Shown: positions 24,946 to 34,857, numbered from the stretch's first letter. The stretch: 64,000 bases of DNA from an uncultured Gemmatimonadaceae bacterium (GCA_964520345.1 CAZFMY010000027.1:1589-65588), one strand, 5' to 3'. Translations and numbers: made by a program. The notes: a model not told the origin generated them from the sequence alone.

Positions 24946-25848
24946 TTAATCCGAGAGGAAAATCCCCAGGACGTAGAATGCACTGGTGGTGATGGTCAGC
25001 GCGACGAAGGCCAGGGTGTGATTGCGGGAAGATCGGCAGGTTGTTGCGCTCTGGTTGTGGGACGGGATTCTGGGCAGGAGTACGAGTGCTGCGAGGAGGG
25101 GCAGGGTGGGGAGATTCAAGGGAGAGAGAAAGAAGTTGTGAGGATGAATCAGAAAGAGGGAAAATTGGGCCAGGACGCCGCAGCAGACGGCCAGCGCACC
25201 GGCCCGCTTTGGACCGATTACGGCGGCGAAGGTTCGTTTTTTCGCTGCCTGATCGGCCGCCGAGTCGGGAAGGGCGAAGGCGATGGCGACGGCGAGCTGG
25301 TGACCGCAATAGGGCAAGATGAAGCCGAACTCGGCGGATGTGTCAGCCTGAACGTAGCAGCCTACTACGGGTAGGACTAAACCCATGCCAAGAGCTTGGA
25401 GGAATTCGCCACCACCGCGGTAGTTGAGGCGTAGTGGGGGGAGGCTATAGGCCCAGAGCAGCAGGGTGCCCAGGGCGAAGAGCAGCAGGGTCCAGGGGCG
25501 GTTGAGGTAAAGGGTGAAGAGGAAGCCCAGAGCGAAGACCAGCACGGCGGCGAGCGCACCGGCGACAAAGAGTGCGCGCGGGGTGAGCAGACCTTGCTGC
25601 AGGACGCGGGAGCCGCCGGAAAACGGGGAGGGCGTTTCGTTGTGGCCGTCGGCACCACGATCGGCCCAGTCGTTCCAGAAGACGATGTAGAGATGCATGG
25701 TCAGACTATAGCTGGCGAGGAGCAAGGCGGTGGTCCAGGAAAAGATCCCACTTTGTTTAAAGGCGAGGAACTGGCCGAAGATCAACGGCAGCGCCAGGTT
25801 GATTTGAGCGGGTGGGCGGGCCGCCTGGACCCAGCTGGAGAATTTCAT
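24946..25848 (-). CDS. UbiA-family aromatic prenyltransferase
   Basis: 300 aa, polytopic, with an Asp-rich motif NDWADRGAD after TM2. Confidence 0.75.
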   Translation of the reverse strand: MKFSSWVQAARPPAQINLALPLIFGQFLAFKQSGIFSWTTALLLASYSLTMHLYIVFWNDWADRGADGHNETPSPFSGGSRVLQQGLLTPRALFVAGALAAVLVFALGFLFTLYLNRPWTLLLFALGTLLLWAYSLPPLRLNYRGGGEFLQALGMGLVLPVVGCYVQADTSAEFGFILPYCGHQLAVAIAFALPDSAADQAAKKRTFAAVIGPKRAGALAVCCGVLAQFSLFLIHPHNFFLSPLNLPTLPLLAALVLLPRIPSHNQSATTCRSSRNHTLAFVALTITTSAFYVLGIFLSD

Positions 25849-25926
25849 AGTTGCTCACAAGATAAGGCGTCTTGTTGAGTCTGGGGAACTTAGCTATTTT
25901 GTGGCTCCGCAAAAAAGGAGGATGAT

Positions 25927-26889
25927 ATGTTCAAAATCTCGGTGTGGCATGGAGATCTTTCGGAATCGTATCTGCGTTATGTGACCCAGCTCGGGGTCGA
26001 TTGTCTGGACTTCGGATCGGGGGACTACTTTCCCGGTGTCAAGGAGCAGGGCTATCCCGATCTCGATGAAGTGCTCAAGATCAAAAAGAAAATCCGTTCC
26101 TGGGGTTTGGATATCAATCGCGTGACACTGCCGGATATGACCGAGCGATTCATGCTGGGAGAGGAAGGTGGTGAGGTGGAGTTGGAGAATGCCGTCAATG
26201 CGCTGAAGGTTTTTGCCGAGGCGAAGTTGCCGATTGCTCGCCAGCGTTTCCATGGCGATACCTTCCAGTGGATGCTCAAGCGCTGGAATTCGCCTCGGCG
26301 CGGCGGCTACGGCTACCGGGCCGAGAGTATCGGTCGAGCCGATCAAAACGAAGGCCCCCCTTCGCACGAGGAATTGAATGCCTGGTGGGAGCGTTTTTGC
26401 CAGGTTTATCAGGCACTGGTGCCCATCGCTGAAGACGGCGATATCAAGCTGGCGATCCACCCCTCTGATTCGCCATTGCCGGATACGCCGCTGGGTGGAT
26501 TGGGATTTCACAAGGTCATCGATGCGTTTCCCAGTCGCCAGGTGGGGTATCTCTACTGCTGCGGCACCCGCGCCGAGGCCGGGGGATTGCCGCTGGTGCT
26601 CGATGAGGTGCATAATTATGGGCGAAAAGGGCGTATTTTCATGGTGCATCTGCGCAATGTACGGGGAAGCTTCGCCACTGCCGGAGGTTTTGAAGAGACT
26701 CTGCTCGACGATGGCGATATGAATATGGCGAAGATTTTATTGGAGCTGGATCGGGTGGGGTTTGATGGGTGCATCAACCCGGATCATATTCCTGCGCTGG
26801 AAGGGGATGAGGGGGTGCTGACGCGGGGCTTGGCGTATTCGGTCGGATATATAAAGGCGCTCTTTGCAATGTTGGCGGCGGTCAGGTAA
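25927..26889 (+). CDS. Mannonate dehydratase (UxuA)-like TIM-barrel protein, paralog 1
   Basis: 320 aa. The C-terminal block VHLRNVRG...F.E..LDDGDMNM..IL..L..VGFDGCINPDHIP matches the UxuA family signature region. AAGGAGG SD sequence upstream. Confidence 0.65.
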   Translation: MFKISVWHGDLSESYLRYVTQLGVDCLDFGSGDYFPGVKEQGYPDLDEVLKIKKKIRSWGLDINRVTLPDMTERFMLGEEGGEVELENAVNALKVFAEAKLPIARQRFHGDTFQWMLKRWNSPRRGGYGYRAESIGRADQNEGPPSHEELNAWWERFCQVYQALVPIAEDGDIKLAIHPSDSPLPDTPLGGLGFHKVIDAFPSRQVGYLYCCGTRAEAGGLPLVLDEVHNYGRKGRIFMVHLRNVRGSFATAGGFEETLLDDGDMNMAKILLELDRVGFDGCINPDHIPALEGDEGVLTRGLAYSVGYIKALFAMLAAVR

Positions 26890-27015
26890 AATCGAAGGTA
26901 TTATTTATCAGTTGTTTCAGCGCATTGCCGACCCTCGGGCTCGAGGAGCGGAAATAATCCCTGCTCCGCTTGAGGTGGCTGAGCGCTTGGACTATGCCTA
27001 TTAAGGGGCAATAGA

Positions 27016-28209
27016 ATGGTCGATACGATGAAGATTGCGGCGATAATCAGTGAATATCGGCCCGGATCGCATGCGGATGTGATCGTCGGCAAGTTTTTAA
27101 GAGGCTTTCCGACCGATGAGGGCTTTTTTGCACCGCGAGTCGAGCTGGCGTCGATGTATATCGATTTGTTCCCCGACAACGATATGAGCCGGGATATGGC
27201 CGAGGAGTTCGAGGTGCCGATCTACAATAGCATTCCGTCGGCGCTCTGCCTGGGAGGCAAGGAACTGGCGGTGGATGGGGTGCTCTTGATCGGAGAGCAC
27301 GGAGATTATGCCTGGAACGAAAAAGATCAACAGCTCTATCCGCGCCGTCATTTTATGGAGCAGATCTGTGGAGTGATGGCGACTTCGGGCAGGGCGGTGC
27401 CGGTGTTTAACGACAAGCATTTGTCGTATAACTGGACCGATGCTAAGTGGATGTACGATCGAGCCCGGGAATTGGGAGCGGCGTTCATGGCTGGATCGTC
27501 GCTGCCAGTGAGCTGGCGCAAACCGTGGGTCGAGCATCCGTTGGAAGCACCTTTGGAAGAGGCAGTGGCGATTGGATTTTCGGGCTTGGATATCTATGGA
27601 TTTCATACCCTGGAAGTGCTCCAGTGCATGGTGGAGCGGCGCCAGGGGGGTGAGACCGGGGTGGAGGCTGTGACGTGTTTGGAAGGAGCTGCGGTATGGC
27701 AGGCGGCGGGTGAACTATGGTCGCGGGAGTTGGCGGAGGCGGCCTGTGCAGAGATCGTAGAGAAGCCCGAGGGGAGTATGGAGGAGCACTGTGAGAATCC
27801 CGCGCTTTTTGCGGTAGAGTATAAAGATGGGTTGAAGGGAGCGGTGCTGATGCTGAATGGCTATGTCCACGATCTAGCTTATGCGGCTCGGGTGGGTGGG
27901 CAGGTACAGGCCTGCGAGTTTCATGCGCAAGGGCATGGTGGACCCATAGGCGCCTATGCCCATTTCAGCTATCTCTCGCTCAATGTCGAGGAGATGTTCC
28001 TGAGTGGTGTGGCGCAGTATCCGGTCGAGCGCACTTTGCTGGTCAGCGGGGTGCTTGAGGCGGCATTGACCTCTCGCTATGAGGGCTATACCCGCCTGGA
28101 GACGTCGTGGCTGGATGTGGCGTATCGCTCGTACGATGATTTTAAGTGGCGTCCGCGAGGTCCTCGCCCGACCGGGGCTTGTTTGGATCCGTGGCCGCCG
28201 CAAAAATGA
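27016..28209 (+). CDS. Hypothetical protein, possibly a degenerate Gfo/Idh/MocA-like fold
   Basis: 397 aa. Motif spacing resembles Gfo/Idh/MocA, but GxGxxG is replaced by IISEYRPGSH and EKP by NDKH. Assignment is weak. Confidence 0.4.
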   Translation: MVDTMKIAAIISEYRPGSHADVIVGKFLRGFPTDEGFFAPRVELASMYIDLFPDNDMSRDMAEEFEVPIYNSIPSALCLGGKELAVDGVLLIGEHGDYAWNEKDQQLYPRRHFMEQICGVMATSGRAVPVFNDKHLSYNWTDAKWMYDRARELGAAFMAGSSLPVSWRKPWVEHPLEAPLEEAVAIGFSGLDIYGFHTLEVLQCMVERRQGGETGVEAVTCLEGAAVWQAAGELWSRELAEAACAEIVEKPEGSMEEHCENPALFAVEYKDGLKGAVLMLNGYVHDLAYAARVGGQVQACEFHAQGHGGPIGAYAHFSYLSLNVEEMFLSGVAQYPVERTLLVSGVLEAALTSRYEGYTRLETSWLDVAYRSYDDFKWRPRGPRPTGACLDPWPPQK

Positions 28210-28218
28210 GGAGGGAAA

Positions 28219-29043
28219 ATGATTAAGATCTCGGGTTTTGCCGACGAGATCGCGGCGGATGCCGATGTGCAGATCGGGACATTGCAGGAGGCCGGACTCG
28301 CCCATCTGGAATTGCGCGCTGTCGGTGGCACGGGCGTGCTGGATATGAGGGCGGAAGATGTGGAGTCGTTTAAAGAGCGGTTGGCGGCGGCGGGAATCGC
28401 GGTTTCGTCCATTGGCTCGCCGATCGGCAAGGTACAGATCCGCTCGGACCTGGAGGAGCACTTTGCACGCTTCGAGATCGCGTTGGCTAGGGCACGGGAA
28501 TTTGCCACCCCCTTTATCCGCGTCTTCTCATTTTACCACCAAGGCGAAGAGCCAGAGGATTGTCGCGACGAAGTGCTGGCGTTTTTTGCTCGGATGGTCG
28601 ATCGTGCGGAGGCCGAGGGGCGGGTGCTCTTACACGAGAACGAGAGCCATATTTATGGCGACGTGCCTGCGCGTTGTGCCGATTTGCTCCGAACCATTGA
28701 TAGCCCCCATCTGCGTGCGGCCTTCGATCCGGCTAACTTCATTGCCTGTGGGGCGGATCCGCTGGCCGAAGCCTGGCCGCTGCTGGATCAGTTCGTTGAT
28801 TATTTTCACATCAAGGATAAAATAGCCGACTCGGGCCGGGTGGTCCCGGCCGGGTGCGGCGATGGGGGCTTACCCGAGATTTTGACTCGGGCGGTAGCTC
28901 GCGGTTTTGCGGGTTTTCTCTCTATAGAGCCGCATCTCAAAGCCGATGATCCCGAGTATGGTGGCGACGGTCCCGAGCGCTTTCTCAAGGCTGTTGCCGG
29001 GTTGCGGCAAGTGCTGGACGGGGCGAGTATCCAAGAGGGCTGA
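28219..29043 (+). CDS. Sugar phosphate isomerase/epimerase (xylose isomerase-like TIM barrel)
   Basis: 274 aa. MIKISGFADEI... at the N-terminus, then LHENE and SIEPH metal-ligand contexts typical of the AP_endonuc_2 family. Confidence 0.8.
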   Translation: MIKISGFADEIAADADVQIGTLQEAGLAHLELRAVGGTGVLDMRAEDVESFKERLAAAGIAVSSIGSPIGKVQIRSDLEEHFARFEIALARAREFATPFIRVFSFYHQGEEPEDCRDEVLAFFARMVDRAEAEGRVLLHENESHIYGDVPARCADLLRTIDSPHLRAAFDPANFIACGADPLAEAWPLLDQFVDYFHIKDKIADSGRVVPAGCGDGGLPEILTRAVARGFAGFLSIEPHLKADDPEYGGDGPERFLKAVAGLRQVLDGASIQEG

Positions 29044-29248
29044 ATGGTGCGGGGGGATGAGGGCTTCCCAATCCCCGGTTCATAGCAGGTCTCCAGTTAT
29101 TAGATACAATACCGATGCTCGCCGATATGTGGCGGAAGTTCTCTGTTGGCACTCAGGTTGACAGGTCGTAGTATTGGATTTGGTTTGCACCGGACCATTG
29201 CGTATCTTGCCCCAGACACAGGTTTTCTACCAAGGAGGATTAAACGCT

Positions 29249-30277
29249 ATGAAAGGTCTCTTCAGCCTCGCGCTGGCCCTTGTGGCCAGTGCCGTCTTCG
29301 CCCAGGCCCCATCGGGTGATCCGTCGATCATCGCCAAAGGTGCCGAGCTAGAAGTGCTCTTTGACGACGCCTTTTTCACTGAGGGGCCGGCGGTGGCTCC
29401 AGACGGCTCGGTTTATTTCAGCGATATCACTTTTACATCTGGATCAGTGATGCAGGCTGGTTATATCTGGCGCTACGATCCCGAGACCGGCGAGACCAAG
29501 ATCTATCGATCGCCGAGTGGTATGTCAAACGGTCTCAAATTTGATGCTATGGGTCGCTTGATTGCTGCCGAGGGTGCCGACTTCGGAGGCCGGAGACTGA
29601 CGCGTACGGACTTGAGCACTGGAAAGGCCGAAATCATTGCAGGGCTTTACGAAGGCAAACCCTTCAATGCGCCCAACGATATTTCTATAGATGAGCAAGG
29701 CCGGATCTACTTCAGCGATCCGCGCTATCTCGGTCATGAGCCGATTTATCAGCCGGTGTTCGGGGTTTACCGCATCGATCCCGACGGTTCGATTGAGCGG
29801 ATCATAACCGATGCCGGCAAGCCCAATGGCGTTTGCGTTTCGCCCGACCAGCAGTCGTTCTACGTGGTTAGCAACGACAACGGCAATACCGATACCTTCA
29901 GCGGTGTGCCCGTACACAAAGGTCGGATGGCGCTTTTGGCTTACGATCTCCACGCTGACGGCACGGCGACCTTCCGAGAAGTGCTGGTCGATTATGCTCC
30001 GCAAGATGGTCCGGACGGTTTGGTAGCGGATGTAGATGGAAACCTCTACGTGGCAGTGCGGGATGTGACGCGGCCCGGTATTGTGGTCTATTCGCCTAAG
30101 GGAGAAGAGCTGGCCTATATCCCCACGCCGGAAGTTCCGACCAATGTAGCGTTTGGTCACGGGGAAGACAGCAAGATTCTCTATGTCACCTACGGTGGTG
30201 GCGCGCCACCCGAAAACCCAGGGGTACTGGCCAAGATCAAGGTCGAGAAGGATGGGTACCACCTGCCGGCCAAATAA
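29249..30277 (+). CDS. Secreted SMP-30/gluconolactonase/LRE-like beta-propeller
   Basis: Start at ATG 29249 after AAGGAGGA. Signal peptide MKGLFSLALALVASAVFAQA|P. Family blocks FTEGPAV, SNGL, PNDI and PDGL. Confidence 0.8.
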   Translation: MKGLFSLALALVASAVFAQAPSGDPSIIAKGAELEVLFDDAFFTEGPAVAPDGSVYFSDITFTSGSVMQAGYIWRYDPETGETKIYRSPSGMSNGLKFDAMGRLIAAEGADFGGRRLTRTDLSTGKAEIIAGLYEGKPFNAPNDISIDEQGRIYFSDPRYLGHEPIYQPVFGVYRIDPDGSIERIITDAGKPNGVCVSPDQQSFYVVSNDNGNTDTFSGVPVHKGRMALLAYDLHADGTATFREVLVDYAPQDGPDGLVADVDGNLYVAVRDVTRPGIVVYSPKGEELAYIPTPEVPTNVAFGHGEDSKILYVTYGGGAPPENPGVLAKIKVEKDGYHLPAK

Positions 30278-30280
30278 TAA

Positions 30281-31990
30281 ATGACCGCACTCGACTGGGC
30301 CGTAGTCCTGGTCCTCAACGGCGGCATCGTCGCCTATAGCCTGTTCACCTTCCGCAATAAGGGAGCGAGCTTCGACTGGTACTTAGCGGCTAAGTCGATG
30401 CCCTGGTGGGTGATCGGGCTATCGGCATTTGGCACCGCCGTCGATAGCGGCGACTACGTCGGCATTGTTGGTGGCTCTTATAAGATGGGCCTTTCGCAAC
30501 TGGCGCAGTGGTGGCTGGGTATCGCCGTGGGGTGGGCGGTGCTCAGTTTCTTCGTCATCGTGCCGATGTATCGGTCCGGGGTTTTCACCAATGCCGAGTG
30601 GCTGGAGTTTCGTTTCGGTCCGGCCGCCCGGCTCCTGGCAGTTCTGATCAATATCCAATCGCGGACCAATGTACTGGGCAATATCTTCTTTTCGATGTAT
30701 CTGGTGCTCAATGTCGTTGCCGGGATCGAGGAGAAGACCTGCTGGCTGGTAGTGGTCGGCGTGGCGATCACTTCGGTGCTCTATATCGTGCGCGGTGGCT
30801 TGCGCGCTGGAGTGCTGACCGACGCGTTGCAGAGCATTACGATGATCGTTGCTTCGTTCGTGCTCTGGGGTTTCGTTTATTCGGGTTTGGGGGGATGGGA
30901 CGGGGTGAGAGAGCGGTTGGAAGTGGTAGAGGAGGGGTTGTCCGATACGCTTTTGCACGTGGGTGGTTATTCGCCCGAGGGCGTGCCTGCGTTGTTGGTG
31001 ATCTTCGGTTTTCTGGTGGTCCTGACGACCTATGCGGTGATTAACCAGTACGAGGCCATTCGTTTTTTGGGAGCCCGTTCGGAGTGGGATTTCAAAATGG
31101 CGGCGTTGGTGGCTAGTATTGCCACGGCGATCTGTCTCTTCTTCAATGTCAGTCTGGGGCCGATGGCACGGGCCCAGTTTCCGGGGCTGGAGTTGGTCGA
31201 TCAGGCCTATCCGCTGATGATCAAGGAGTATTTGCCCGCCGGGCTGGTCGGGCTGGTGGTCGCGGGCCTGGTGGCGGCGGGCTATTCGACGTTCGATTCG
31301 ATCGGCATCGGCATTTCCTCGCTTTTTGTTCGCGATGTCTACGCGCGATTTATCGTCAAAAACGGAGACGATGCGCACTACACCAGAGTCGGCCGCATCT
31401 CGGTACCGTTCATCCTGGCGCTGGGCTTTCTCTATGTGCCCTTTCTCGGTGAGAAGGGGATGCTGCTCTTTTATTTGCGATTGGCCGGGGCGATCGCGGT
31501 GCCGCTGATGACGGTGATTCTTATGGGGGTGTTCACGCGAGTGCATCGCGGGACCGGGATCATTGGTCTGCTGGTGGGACTCGGTTACGGGATCTCGGCG
31601 ATCCTGGCCGATTTCAACGAGTGGCCGCTGCCGGTTTGGTATCAGAACACGTGGTGGACCTATTTGTGGAATATAGTGCTGCCAGCAGCTTCGATGCTGC
31701 TGGCATCGAAGCTGATCGATTTGCAGCGCGGACCGGCTTCCGATGAGGAATTACGCGGGCTGGTCTATGCGCGACACGAAGATCCGGTGGCGCTGCGCGC
31801 ATTGATGGGGGGTCGGCTCAAGGCGCTGAAGGGGACCTGGATAGAGCAGACGCTGATCAAGGCGGAGGTGCGGCCGGAGTATCCGTTTGAAGTCGGCCCG
31901 GAGGGCCCGCAGTGGTATTTGCGCCCGGGGTTGTGGATGGGAGTCTATCTGGCGTTAGCGAGCTTTCTGCTCTTTGTGGTCTTGTGGTAA
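30281..31990 (+). CDS. Sodium:solute symporter family (SSF) transporter
   Basis: 569 aa, about 13-14 TM. N-terminus FDWYLAAKSMPWWVIGLSAFGTAVDSGDY is typical of SSF. Confidence 0.85.
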   Translation: MTALDWAVVLVLNGGIVAYSLFTFRNKGASFDWYLAAKSMPWWVIGLSAFGTAVDSGDYVGIVGGSYKMGLSQLAQWWLGIAVGWAVLSFFVIVPMYRSGVFTNAEWLEFRFGPAARLLAVLINIQSRTNVLGNIFFSMYLVLNVVAGIEEKTCWLVVVGVAITSVLYIVRGGLRAGVLTDALQSITMIVASFVLWGFVYSGLGGWDGVRERLEVVEEGLSDTLLHVGGYSPEGVPALLVIFGFLVVLTTYAVINQYEAIRFLGARSEWDFKMAALVASIATAICLFFNVSLGPMARAQFPGLELVDQAYPLMIKEYLPAGLVGLVVAGLVAAGYSTFDSIGIGISSLFVRDVYARFIVKNGDDAHYTRVGRISVPFILALGFLYVPFLGEKGMLLFYLRLAGAIAVPLMTVILMGVFTRVHRGTGIIGLLVGLGYGISAILADFNEWPLPVWYQNTWWTYLWNIVLPAASMLLASKLIDLQRGPASDEELRGLVYARHEDPVALRALMGGRLKALKGTWIEQTLIKAEVRPEYPFEVGPEGPQWYLRPGLWMGVYLALASFLLFVVLW

Positions 31991-32067
31991 TCGCTTCCGA
32001 GGGACCGGCTGCTAATATTCGTTAGTGTGATCGTGTTCTCCCGGCGGTATCTACTGAATATATACCT

Positions 32068-33252
32068 CTATCCCCCTCTCCGGATTACCTCCAACGTTTC
32101 ATAACAAGCGGCCAGCGGATGGTAGTCTGTTTTCGAAGGCGGGCTTTTCAAGTCATCGTATTTTTGATTGGCCGCGTTGAGAATTCGATACCAGGCGCCG
32201 TATTGGTGATCGACGAAATACCGGTCCGAAAATTCCCATGCCCTGTCGTACCAATCCCAGTAGGTATCGTCCCCCGTTCTCAGGGCCAGAGCGGCGGCGG
32301 CGGCAAAGGTCTCGGAGAGTACCCAGTAGTAGCGGTCGTTGTCTAGGATCTGCCCGTCGGGCGCGAAAGTATAGTGCATGCCTTCCCGCTCTCGGTCCCA
32401 GCTTTTGTCCAGCGCGGTATCGAAAAGGTGCCGGGCTCGGTCGAGGATCCAGGGTGCGGGGCGGTAGCGCTCGAGGATCAGCAACAGCTTAGCCCATTCG
32501 GCGAAGTGACCGGGCAGGTAGCCATAGGGTTTGAAGAGGTTTTTGGGGTCGTCTCGGTTGTAGTCCCAGTCGTGGGTCCAGTCGCTGCGGTAGTGTTCCC
32601 AGATCAGTCCGTCCGATCGATCGGCGAGGTCGATGCAGATACGCTGTGCCAGCAGCTCTGCGCGGTCGAGATACTGGTCTTCCTCGGTGGCTTCATAGGC
32701 GGCCAACATGGCTTCGCACATATGCATATTGGCGTTCTGACCGCGATAGGATGCGATGGCACTCCAATCGCCAGCGGCGATTTCGTCGACATAGAGCTGG
32801 GCGTCTTGTTCCCAAAAGCGTTTTTCCAGCATTTCGTAGAGTTCCGCGGCCAGGGCTGTGGCGCCGTCGATTCCGGCTTTGGCTGCGCCGGCAGCGGCCA
32901 AGAGGACGAAGGCGTGGCCGTAGCAGTGCCGGGTGCCATCTTCTAGTGCGCGGCCTTTTAAAATCCAGGCGAAGCCGCCGTCGGGCTGGCGATGGACGTC
33001 CTGGAGAAAATGGAGTCCGTGGGCGGCGGCCTGGCGATAGTCTGGCTCGTCGAGGGTGATGGTGGCCAGCGCGTAGTTATAGACGAAGCGGCAGGTGCCA
33101 ACGAGGTGTTTGGTCGTCCGGTCATAGATCGAGCCGTCGTCGCGGAGCTGGTTGATATAGCCGCCCAGCTCGTCGTCAATGCAGGTCGGGTGGTAGAAGG
33201 CCATGATGCTAGCGATATGGGCGCGGAGAAAATCGGGGTCGCGGTAGGCCAT
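32068..33252 (-). CDS. AGE-family (N-acylglucosamine 2-epimerase / YihS-like aldose-ketose isomerase) protein
   Basis: 394 aa alpha/alpha-toroid type. Contains HCYGHAFVLLA, NANMHMCEAMLAAYE, WEHY and PGHFAEWAKLL blocks. Confidence 0.8.
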   Translation of the reverse strand: MAYRDPDFLRAHIASIMAFYHPTCIDDELGGYINQLRDDGSIYDRTTKHLVGTCRFVYNYALATITLDEPDYRQAAAHGLHFLQDVHRQPDGGFAWILKGRALEDGTRHCYGHAFVLLAAAGAAKAGIDGATALAAELYEMLEKRFWEQDAQLYVDEIAAGDWSAIASYRGQNANMHMCEAMLAAYEATEEDQYLDRAELLAQRICIDLADRSDGLIWEHYRSDWTHDWDYNRDDPKNLFKPYGYLPGHFAEWAKLLLILERYRPAPWILDRARHLFDTALDKSWDREREGMHYTFAPDGQILDNDRYYWVLSETFAAAAALALRTGDDTYWDWYDRAWEFSDRYFVDHQYGAWYRILNAANQKYDDLKSPPSKTDYHPLAACYETLEVIRRGG

Positions 33253-33469
33253 GTTTACCTCAGTTCTTTCGCTCTTTGGCGATGGTCTTAGCCCGGTAGT
33301 CTGTGTGCTGCCGTTCGTTGATGGGATTTGTCGAGCGCAACGGCTGTCTTTGGCGAACCAGATGGCGGTGGCGCGTTTTGTCGCTAATCCAGTACATAAT
33401 ATTCAAGCGTTGAACGAAATCTATACTGCTATCCGGTGGTTTGGTTTAAGCGAGTCGTGAGCATAGCTC

Positions 33470-34828
33470 TTATCCGGCAAAGCGCAAATATAGTACGTAC
33501 GCGGCCAATCCCAGGATCGAGAGGAAGGAGGCCCAGAGCAACCCGTCTGTTTTTGCTCCGGGCGCGAGTCGGGGGTCCGTGTGCCGATAGCGCAGATAAA
33601 CGATTCCACCGGCGATGATCGGTGCTAGAGAAGCGAGGAAGATCCCGCCGATGGTCAGCAACCATACCGGATTTTGCACCACAAAATAACACAAGGTCAT
33701 CACCGTTGGTGAAACTACGGTGAAGATTCGCATAACGCGGAGGCGGGCGCGGTAGTCATCCTTGGGTATTGCGCCCAGGACCACCATGCTGTCGGCGAAT
33801 ATCCGGGCGCTGCCGCCCAGGCCCGAAACCAGCGTCGAGAAGAGGACGAAGAACGCACCGGCCATAAAGAGCCAGAACGCCCATTCACCGAGCGTTTTGG
33901 TATACATATTGGACAGGATCGCGATGGTTTCCAGGCCATCGGGTTTTTGTCCCAGGCGGTGCAGAACGCCGGCGCCGAGCATATAGAAGGGCACGGTGGC
34001 CAGAGTCAATACGACCAGGGTGAGCCAGACATCGGTTTGCAGAACGCGGATCCAGCCTCTGGCTCGCTGAACCCAGGCATCGCTGGAGTCGGCGGGTCCG
34101 GCGAAACGCGCATAGCCTTTTTCGGTGCACCAGTAGGTATAGGCGATATTTTCGTTGGCGGTTACGCCTGTGGCGCCAAAGGCCGCCAATGCCATGGCGA
34201 TGGCGAAAGAGGGGAAGTCAAAGCTCAGCCCGGCGCGAAGATTGTCCCAGCTGAGGGCGTACTCGGTGAATTGCAAGAGCACCGCGCAACTCAAGGTGAT
34301 CAACGTGAAACTCACCACCATGAGGGTCAGCAGTTTTTCGATCAAGCGATAGGTACCGGTAAGTACGATACCGACGCCCAGGGCGGCCAGAAGCAGAGTC
34401 CACCATTTCGACTCGATGGCGGGTACGGCCTGGTGCACAGCCTGACCGATGCCGCCGTAGATACCGCCGCCACTCAGGTGGCTCGGGATCAGAATCAAGA
34501 GCCAGAAGAGAACGATCCAGGAGACGCCGCCTATTTTGCCCGGCACGTGGTTGAGGGCTTTGAGTCCGGTGTCGCCCGAGGAGATGACACAGCGGCCCAA
34601 CTCGGCCTGGAGTACGCTTTTGCTCCAGCAGGAAAAGAGAATCCACCACAACATCGAAAAGCCGACAGCGGCGCCAAGAGTCGTGGTGAGGATGATTTCT
34701 CCGGAACCGACTACCGAGCCAGCGACGATCAGACCGGGGCCGAGAAATTTCAGCGTTGGACCCAGGCCGCTGGGCGGTTCGCGCGCATCGTCGGGTCGGC
34801 GGGTATAGGGGTCTGGTGTATATTCCAT
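33470..34828 (-). CDS. Nramp-fold (LeuT-like) transporter lacking canonical metal-binding motifs
   Basis: 452 aa. LKFLGPGLIVAGSVVGSGEI aligns to Nramp TM1 (GPG...DPGN), but it reads GSGE where DPGN is expected. No MPH motif in the TM6-equivalent segment. Confidence 0.65.
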   Translation of the reverse strand: MEYTPDPYTRRPDDAREPPSGLGPTLKFLGPGLIVAGSVVGSGEIILTTTLGAAVGFSMLWWILFSCWSKSVLQAELGRCVISSGDTGLKALNHVPGKIGGVSWIVLFWLLILIPSHLSGGGIYGGIGQAVHQAVPAIESKWWTLLLAALGVGIVLTGTYRLIEKLLTLMVVSFTLITLSCAVLLQFTEYALSWDNLRAGLSFDFPSFAIAMALAAFGATGVTANENIAYTYWCTEKGYARFAGPADSSDAWVQRARGWIRVLQTDVWLTLVVLTLATVPFYMLGAGVLHRLGQKPDGLETIAILSNMYTKTLGEWAFWLFMAGAFFVLFSTLVSGLGGSARIFADSMVVLGAIPKDDYRARLRVMRIFTVVSPTVMTLCYFVVQNPVWLLTIGGIFLASLAPIIAGGIVYLRYRHTDPRLAPGAKTDGLLWASFLSILGLAAYVLYLRFAG

Positions 34829-34857
34829 GAGTTTATAAGATGCAAAGGAGAGCGAAG

